From positions 5,594 to 69,593 of the forward strand of contig SVEO01000008.1 in NCBI GenBank assembly GCA_015057275.1: a stretch of 64,000 bases of DNA. Reading direction: 5' to 3'. The stretch is from Lachnospiraceae bacterium. Lineage in GTDB: Bacteria > Bacillota > Clostridia > Lachnospirales > Lachnospiraceae. Positions 57,736-64,000 of this stretch are shown here, piece after piece. Position numbers and translations under genes: made by a program. The notes under the pieces were generated by a model. It saw only the letters and a program-made list of their open reading frames with translations, did not search any database and was not told the DNA's origin. The first letter of the stretch is position 1; each line of letters begins with the position of its first letter.

Positions 57736-58827
57736 TTGTCAGAAAAGATTGATATCAAATCATACAACTACATAGAATTGCAGGACTATTTTGTACAGCT
57801 TGGCGAGAAAGCATTCCGCGCAAAGCAGGTGTATAGCTGGCTTCACGAAAAGCTGGTAACCGATTTCACACAGATGACAAACATCGGTGCAGCGTTAAAA
57901 GAAAAGCTGGAAGCGCAGTGCTATATCACTGCGTTAACACCGGTGGAGGTATTGGAATCGGCAGTGGACGGTACGAAGAAATATTTGTTTCGATTGGTGG
58001 ACGGCAATATCATCGAGAGTGTATTTCTGCCATATAAGCACGGCAACTCCGTCTGCATATCGACGCAGGTCGGCTGTCGTATGGGATGTAAGTTTTGTGC
58101 ATCGACGCTCGATGGACTGACCCGTAATCTGACAACCTCGGAAATGCTCGAGGAAGTATATCGCATCCAGACATTGTCCGGACAGAGAATTTCACATATT
58201 GTACTGATGGGCGCGGGTGAGCCGCTCGATAATTTTGATAACGTTGTCAAGTTTTTGGAGATGATTTCCGACGAACATGGTTTAAATATTAGCCAGCGTA
58301 ACATTACACTTTCTACTTGTGGACTGGTACCGCAGATGAAAAAGCTCGCAGAAAAAGATTTGCAGATTACATTAGCGATTTCTCTACACGCATCGACGCA
58401 GGAGACGCGCCGTGAGCTGATGCCGATTGCCAAACGCTATGAAATTAGCGAGGTCATCGAAGCCTGTCGGGACTATTTTAACAAGACCGGGCGGCGTCTG
58501 ACCTTCGAATACAGCCTTGTGCGGGATGTCAACGACACGAAGGCGGAAGCCGAAAAACTGGCGAAATTACTGGCAAAACTTAACTGCCATGTCAATTTAA
58601 TTCCGGTAAATCCGATAAAAGAGCGAGATTTTAGGGAATCCGGGGCCGCAAACATAGCGAATTTTAAAAATACTCTTGAAAAGAACGGAATAAATGTTAC
58701 AATAAGAAGAGAAATGGGTCGCGATATCAACGGGGCCTGTGGACAATTGCGAAAGAGTTATTTGGAAAACAAGAGTTCCTTTCAGGACTCGCGTTCTAAA
58801 AGGAACTCAGCAAATTTTGAGAAATAA
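57736..58827 (+). CDS. rlmN: 23S rRNA/tRNA (adenine2503-C2)-methyltransferase, radical SAM
   Basis: Motifs are FRAKQVYSWLH and the CX3CX2C sequence GCRMGCKFCAS, plus a late GACGQL. It has a TTG start. Confidence 0.93.
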   Translation: MSEKIDIKSYNYIELQDYFVQLGEKAFRAKQVYSWLHEKLVTDFTQMTNIGAALKEKLEAQCYITALTPVEVLESAVDGTKKYLFRLVDGNIIESVFLPYKHGNSVCISTQVGCRMGCKFCASTLDGLTRNLTTSEMLEEVYRIQTLSGQRISHIVLMGAGEPLDNFDNVVKFLEMISDEHGLNISQRNITLSTCGLVPQMKKLAEKDLQITLAISLHASTQETRRELMPIAKRYEISEVIEACRDYFNKTGRRLTFEYSLVRDVNDTKAEAEKLAKLLAKLNCHVNLIPVNPIKERDFRESGAANIANFKNTLEKNGINVTIRREMGRDINGACGQLRKSYLENKSSFQDSRSKRNSANFEK

Positions 58828-58839
58828 GGAGGAGGGAGA

Positions 58840-59559
58840 ATGAAAGCATACGGAAAAACAGATGCAGGAGCAATCCGTGCGATGAATCAGGATGTTATTT
58901 TCTATTCTGAGAATCCGGTGGGAACTCTTCCAAATCTGTTTATTGTAGCAGATGGCATGGGTGGACACCGTGCTGGTGACATTGCATCTTCCTTGGCGGT
59001 AAAGACGTTTGTTGATTTTATCAAACGTTCGCAGAATATAAATCCGATTACACTGCTTGAGGAAGGGATCGAACTTGCCAATATGGCAGTCATTGAAAAG
59101 GCGTTCGAGGACGAAGGATATCACGGGATGGGCACGACGATTGTCGTGGCAACCGTGAAGGACGGCTTGCTGTATGTGGCGAATGTCGGCGACAGCCGCT
59201 TGTATCTAATTAATGATGAGATTCATCAAATCACGCGCGATCACTCTTATGTGGAGGATTTAGTCAGTCTCGGACAGCTGGACAAAGAGAGTGCGAGAGT
59301 CAATCAAAAGAAGAACATTATTACGAGGGCGATTGGAGCTGAACCGAATGTTGTACCGGACTTTTTCGAAGTTGAGTACAATGGTACGGACAGATTCCTG
59401 CTTTGCTCGGATGGATTATCGAATATGGTATCAGACGAGGAAATCCGCAAGGTGATTACCTCAGAGGATGATTTGTCGGATGCAGTACATAGATTAATCG
59501 ATTTGGCGAATGAGCATGGGGGACGGGATAATATCTCGGTGGTGCTTGTCGGCAGATAA
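58840..59559 (+). CDS. stp: PP2C-family Ser/Thr protein phosphatase
   Basis: Motifs are NQDV, VADGMGGHRAG, LLCSDGLSN and GGRDNISVV. Confidence 0.93.
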   Translation: MKAYGKTDAGAIRAMNQDVIFYSENPVGTLPNLFIVADGMGGHRAGDIASSLAVKTFVDFIKRSQNINPITLLEEGIELANMAVIEKAFEDEGYHGMGTTIVVATVKDGLLYVANVGDSRLYLINDEIHQITRDHSYVEDLVSLGQLDKESARVNQKKNIITRAIGAEPNVVPDFFEVEYNGTDRFLLCSDGLSNMVSDEEIRKVITSEDDLSDAVHRLIDLANEHGGRDNISVVLVGR

Positions 59560-59607
59560 ACAAAAAGCAAAGTATGAGTATATTTTTTCAATAGGAGAGG
59601 ATAACGT

Positions 59608-62097
59608 ATGTTGAGAAATGGCATGTTTTTGGCAGACCGCTATGAGATTCTTGGGAAAGTCGGCTCGGGCGGCATGTCGGACGTTTACAAGGCAAAGTGC
59701 CACAAGTTAAATCGTAATGTGGCGATTAAAGTGTTAAAGCAGGAGTTCAGCGAGGACAAGAATTTTGTTTCCAAGTTTAAGGTGGAAGCACAGTCCGCGG
59801 CAGGACTTGCGCATCCGAACATCGTCAGCGTTTTTGACGTAGGAGAGGACAGCGGTTTAAATTATATTGTTATGGAGCTGATTGAAGGCATTACGCTAAA
59901 AAAGTACATTGAGCGTAAGGGTCGTTTAAGCGTAAAGGAAACCTTGAGTATCGCTGTACAGGTGGCACAGGGTATTGAAGCTGCGCATAATAATCATATT
60001 ATTCACAGGGACATCAAGCCGCAGAATATTATCATTTCCCGCGAGGGTAAGGTAAAGGTTACGGATTTTGGTATCGCAAGAGCAGCAAGCGCGAATACGA
60101 TTAATTCGAATGCTATGGGCAGCGTACATTATATTTCTCCGGAGCAGGCAAGAGGCGGATACATCGATGAGAAAAGTGATATTTATTCTCTCGGTATTTC
60201 CATGTTCGAAATGCTGACAGGCCATGTGCCATTCGAGGGTGACACTACGGTAGCAATTGCCCTGCAGCACATTCGGGAAGAACTTCCATCGATTGCAGAC
60301 GAGGTGGAGGATGTTCCGGTAAGCGTGCAGAAGATTATTATGAAGTGTACGCAGAAAAAGGCGGATGCAAGATATTTAAAGGTATCCTCCCTGATTGCGG
60401 ATTTAAAGCATGCGTTGATTGCACCGGAAGAAGATTTCGTGCAGATGGCGCAAGTTGCCAGCACATCCGCAACTGTGATTATTAATAAGAGTGAATTGGC
60501 GCAGATTAAGTCGGCTGCAAACAAGAAGGATATAGCGGACTTAGATTTGGAAGATGACGATGACTTGGATTTATTGGACGATGACGATGACGATGAGGAA
60601 GATGACATCGAACAGGACGAAGATGATACCGATATCGACGCAGTTAATCCGGAGATGGACAAGGTAATCAATATTGTCAGCATTATCATTGCAGTTATGA
60701 TTGTAATTGCCTTGATTTTCGGTGGTATCAAAGCGTGTGATATGCTTGGCGGCGAAAAAAAGCCACAGGAAGAAGAAACATCCGGTTTGGCGGCTGATGA
60801 AGTTTATATGCCGTCCGTGCTTGGTATGACAGAAGAGGAAGCGATAGAAACATTAACAGAAAATGATTTGGGCTTCAAGATCGTTGGCTACGAGCACAAC
60901 CCGAAATATCCTAAAGATCAGGTATGCAAGCAGTCTGTTGAGGCAGAAGAGGTTGTTAAGAAGGGGACGACGATTCAGCTGACTATCAGTCAGGGTTCCG
61001 CAAATGTAGCTGTCATTGATTTTACAGGTTACACCAGAGCGGACATTGAGACCTGGTGTGAGGAAATCGGCGTAACACCAGAATTTACTTATGAAATTAA
61101 CGATGATATTGAAATGGACGTTGTTATCAGCTGGTCACCAACCGCGCCGGCAGAGGTAAGTGCAGGCGATACGATGCAGTTTGTGCTGAGTCAGGGTACG
61201 AATGAATTGGAAGAGATTCCGGTGCCGAACTGGGTTGGTAAGACCTTAGTAGAGGCAAGACAGGAAGCATTGAAGCTTGGACTGGTGATTTCTGTTAAAG
61301 AATCCGTATATGATGATAGCGGAGAATATGCAGCCGGTACGATTATGAACCAGACACCGGCAAGTGGTACTTTGCCGAAAGGTTCGTCCATTACGGTAAC
61401 GGAAAGCTTAGGCTTGCCGATGGCTGTAGTTGAATATGTTGTAGGTAAGACAGAAGAAGAGGCAAAGGCTATTCTTGAAGATTTGGGATTTGTTGTTTCG
61501 GTAACGAAGCAGGCAAGCGAGGAAATAGAAAAAGGTCTTGTAATCAGTCAGAGTGTAGTTGCAGACTCCAAATTGGCAATTGGTTCGACCATTGAATTAG
61601 TGGTAAGCAGTGGTAGTGCAACTGTTCCGGTTCCGAATGTACTTGATCTTAGACGTGATAAAGCAGAGAAGGAATTAGAAGACCGCGGCTTTGAATATGT
61701 GATCGAGGAAGAGGCAAGCACCACGGTAGATGCAGGTTATGTAATTCGTCAGTCAATCCCGGGAGGAACGGCAGTTGCGACTGACACTGTAATTACGATT
61801 GTAATCAGCACCGGTGCGCCGGAGTATGAAGTGTTTATTCCTGCGATTTCCAATGATATGCTTGACTTATCAAGTGCAACGGTAGTGGAAACCAGCACGA
61901 TTACAGTCAAAGTGTATGTAACGATGGCAGATGGTTCCGAAATTACAAAGCAGCTAGCGAGTGAAACCTATACTTCCGAGTGGTCCTTCAGTGAGACAGC
62001 GATTACGTATAGCTCAGAAATTGCTTCTGCAGAGATTGAAGTTACGATTGATGGTGTAGTTGTTTACACATTGACGGATTTGACAATTTCAGCGTAG
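59608..62097 (+). CDS. prkC: Ser/Thr protein kinase with extracellular PASTA repeats (PrkC/PknB-like)
   Basis: Kinase motifs are GSGGMSDVYKA, AIK, HRDIKPQN, DFG and SPEQ. One TM segment is present, then four PASTA-like repeats (e.g. VPNWVGKTLVEARQEALKLGL). Confidence 0.93.
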   Translation: MLRNGMFLADRYEILGKVGSGGMSDVYKAKCHKLNRNVAIKVLKQEFSEDKNFVSKFKVEAQSAAGLAHPNIVSVFDVGEDSGLNYIVMELIEGITLKKYIERKGRLSVKETLSIAVQVAQGIEAAHNNHIIHRDIKPQNIIISREGKVKVTDFGIARAASANTINSNAMGSVHYISPEQARGGYIDEKSDIYSLGISMFEMLTGHVPFEGDTTVAIALQHIREELPSIADEVEDVPVSVQKIIMKCTQKKADARYLKVSSLIADLKHALIAPEEDFVQMAQVASTSATVIINKSELAQIKSAANKKDIADLDLEDDDDLDLLDDDDDDEEDDIEQDEDDTDIDAVNPEMDKVINIVSIIIAVMIVIALIFGGIKACDMLGGEKKPQEEETSGLAADEVYMPSVLGMTEEEAIETLTENDLGFKIVGYEHNPKYPKDQVCKQSVEAEEVVKKGTTIQLTISQGSANVAVIDFTGYTRADIETWCEEIGVTPEFTYEINDDIEMDVVISWSPTAPAEVSAGDTMQFVLSQGTNELEEIPVPNWVGKTLVEARQEALKLGLVISVKESVYDDSGEYAAGTIMNQTPASGTLPKGSSITVTESLGLPMAVVEYVVGKTEEEAKAILEDLGFVVSVTKQASEEIEKGLVISQSVVADSKLAIGSTIELVVSSGSATVPVPNVLDLRRDKAEKELEDRGFEYVIEEEASTTVDAGYVIRQSIPGGTAVATDTVITIVISTGAPEYEVFIPAISNDMLDLSSATVVETSTITVKVYVTMADGSEITKQLASETYTSEWSFSETAITYSSEIASAEIEVTIDGVVVYTLTDLTISA

Positions 62098-62107
62098 GAT
62101 TTTAAGA

Positions 62108-62995
62108 ATGCAGGGAAAGATTATGAAAGGCATTGCCGGATTCTACTATGTGCATACCGCACATAGTGGAATCTATGAATGCAAGGCAAAAGGAATTTTT
62201 CGTAATAAAAATCAAAAACCTTTGATTGGCGATGATGTGGAGATTCAAATCGTCGATGAGGAAAAAAAACTGGGAAATATCATTGAAATCAAAGAAAGAA
62301 CCAATGAACTGATTCGACCGGCGGTTGCCAATATCAATCAGTCATTGGTTGTTTTTGCAATAACTTCACCGGAACCGAATTTAAATCTTCTCGACCGATT
62401 TTTGCTGATGATGGAGTATTTGGAAATTCCGGTCGGCATCTGCTTTCAAAAGTGCGATTTGGATGCGGAGAAGCGTGCGCAGGAGTTAAAACAGATTTAT
62501 CAAGCGGCGGGGTATCCGGTGTTTTTGGTTAGCGCCAAAGAAGAAAGTGGTTTTGAATCGCTGCAGGCATTTTTGAAAGGCAAGACAACGGCACTTGCCG
62601 GACCATCTGGTGTCGGAAAGTCGTCGATGTTAAATGTGCTTTGCGCGGAAGAATTAATGCAGACCGGTGAAATCAGTGAAAAGATTGGTCGAGGTCGTCA
62701 TACGACGCGTCACACGGAGTTATTTCCGCTGGATGCGGATACGTATTTGTTTGATACGCCGGGCTTTAGTTCACTGGCTGTTTGGGAGATAGAAGCAGAA
62801 CAGTTGCGGTTTTATTTTCCTGAGTTTGCAGAACATGAGGGTACGTGCAAATATCAAGGCTGTGTGCATGTGTCCGAACCCGGTTGTCAGGTAAAAGCGG
62901 CGGTAGAGGCAAAGCAGATTAAAAAGTGCCGTTATGACAGCTACGTTATGTTTTTTAAAGAATTATATCAAAGACAGAAGAATCAATATAAATAG
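62108..62995 (+). CDS. rsgA: Ribosome small-subunit-dependent GTPase A
   Basis: It has circularly permuted GTPase motifs (FQKCDL, then GPSGVGKSS) and a zinc knuckle CKYQGCVHVSEPGC. Confidence 0.93.
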   Translation: MQGKIMKGIAGFYYVHTAHSGIYECKAKGIFRNKNQKPLIGDDVEIQIVDEEKKLGNIIEIKERTNELIRPAVANINQSLVVFAITSPEPNLNLLDRFLLMMEYLEIPVGICFQKCDLDAEKRAQELKQIYQAAGYPVFLVSAKEESGFESLQAFLKGKTTALAGPSGVGKSSMLNVLCAEELMQTGEISEKIGRGRHTTRHTELFPLDADTYLFDTPGFSSLAVWEIEAEQLRFYFPEFAEHEGTCKYQGCVHVSEPGCQVKAAVEAKQIKKCRYDSYVMFFKELYQRQKNQYK

Positions 62996-63017
62996 CGACG
63001 GACATGGAGGGTTGCGT

Positions 63018-63680
63018 ATGATTAAATTATCACCATCAATTTTAGCAAGCGATTTTGCAAATCTGGGAGCGCAGGTACATGAGGCTTTGGATGCAGGAGC
63101 GGATTATGTGCATATCGATGTGATGGACGGTGTGTTTGTGCCGAATATCTCATTTGGCTTGCCGATAATCAGCTCTTTGAGAAAAGCATGTCCGGACGCT
63201 TTTTTCGATGTACATTTGATGATTGTTGAACCGGAGCGTTATATCGAACGGTTTGCAAAGGCAGGTGCCAGTATGATTACGATTCACGTAGAGGCATGCG
63301 AGCCATTGCGCGAAACTGTGCTGAAAATCCGCGAACTCGGATGCAAGGCGGGTGTCGTGCTGAAACCGGGCACACCGATTTCGTCATTGGAGAATGTGCT
63401 TGAGTACGTGGATATGGTGCTTTTGATGACTGTAGAACCGGGCTTTGGCGGTCAGTCTTACATGGATAGCTGTACACAGAAAATTGCTGATTTAAGGAAA
63501 GTTGTCAAAGAAAGAGACTTGGATGTAGATATCGAAGTAGACGGTGGCATCAAGATTTCTAATGTAAAGACAGTGCTCGATGCAGGCGCCAATGTGATTG
63601 TAGTTGGTTCCGGTGTATTTGGCGGCGACATTGCAAAGAATGTGACAACCTTTAAGGAGATTTTTGCGGAGTATGAATAA
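63018..63680 (+). CDS. rpe: Ribulose-phosphate 3-epimerase
   Basis: Motifs are LSPSILASDFANLG, HIDVMDG, MTVEPGFGGQ and VDGG. GGAGG precedes ATG 63018. Confidence 0.95.
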   Translation: MIKLSPSILASDFANLGAQVHEALDAGADYVHIDVMDGVFVPNISFGLPIISSLRKACPDAFFDVHLMIVEPERYIERFAKAGASMITIHVEACEPLRETVLKIRELGCKAGVVLKPGTPISSLENVLEYVDMVLLMTVEPGFGGQSYMDSCTQKIADLRKVVKERDLDVDIEVDGGIKISNVKTVLDAGANVIVVGSGVFGGDIAKNVTTFKEIFAEYE

Positions 63681-64000
63681 TCGTTGTCTGATGGTGGCTG
63701 GAGGTACGGTAGAACAGAAATTTCTTGAAAAGTATTTGCAGGAGAATCAATTTCGCTACATATTTGCGGTAGACAGAGGATTGGAAGCCTTGGCGGCGAT
63801 TGGGGTTTTGCCGACACATATGGTCGGCGACTTTGATTCGATAGCATCGGAAATCCGTGAAAGTTACGAGCAGAATGAACACATATCCGTGTGTCGCCTG
63901 ATTCCGGAAAAAGATGATACCGACACGCAACATGCCATAAACATGGCAGTAGAGCTGGGTGTGGAGGAAATTACCATTATTGGCGGTTTTGGTACGAGGT
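63673..64000 (+). CDS. thiN: Thiamine pyrophosphokinase (3'-partial at the window edge)
   Basis: This ORF is not in the ORF track because it has no stop in the window. Hand translation gives MNNRCLMVAGG...FAVDRG...GDFDS...PEKDDTD...IIGGFGTR, the TPK motifs. The ATG overlaps the rpe stop region. The gene order matches the B. subtilis rpe-thiN arrangement. Confidence 0.8.
   Translation, partial: MNNRCLMVAGGTVEQKFLEKYLQENQFRYIFAVDRGLEALAAIGVLPTHMVGDFDSIASEIRESYEQNEHISVCRLIPEKDDTDTQHAINMAVELGVEEITIIGGFGTR

Noticed and set aside
60520-60660. An extreme poly-acidic stretch (DLDLEDDDDLDLLDDDDDDEEDD...) in the PrkC juxtamembrane linker, and a similar acidic tail on peptide deformylase (54590-54650).
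   Set aside because: These are low-complexity linkers or tails in otherwise canonical proteins. Nothing in the sequence suggests a separate function.

Overview
The window looks like a Firmicutes (Clostridia-like) chromosome and is mostly housekeeping genes. These include a rubredoxin/2-oxoacid:ferredoxin oxidoreductase operon, aroC, tgt, yajC, leuB-ilvD-ilvB, serC-serA, a T-box-controlled thrS, and the infC-rpmI-rplT operon with its L20 leader. The right third holds the conserved block fhs-folD-priA-def-fmt-rsmB-rlmN-stp-prkC-rsgA-rpe-thiN. RNA genes are tRNA-Glu, two tRNA-Leu, tRNA-Asn and a tmRNA.

Three segments are not ordinary:
1. At the left edge, an AT-rich ORF resembles the C-terminal (PAM-interacting) part of Cas9. 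It has lost its last residues and stop codon and reads in frame into the rubredoxin gene. No cas1, cas2 or CRISPR array follows it.
2. A ~7.5 kb gutted prophage sits in the 3' end of the tmRNA gene, bounded by a 21-bp direct repeat. It retains only a truncated integrase, a tail-protein stub and one intact 2062-aa tail-tip/receptor-binding gene.
3. An accessory surface/secretion block (29.7-45.7 kb) follows the att site. It contains a radical SAM/SPASM enzyme translationally coupled to a membrane-anchored tandem-repeat protein, and a 2506-aa GH43 repeat protein. It also contains my top candidate for something undescribed: a 100-aa Cys/Gly-rich ORF with a lasso-type YxxPx(L/V) leader and a C-terminal Ser-Ser, next to an HPr-kinase-like P-loop protein, with no lasso cyclase or protease present.

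All family calls rest on motifs read from the translations and on recall. No database search was run.
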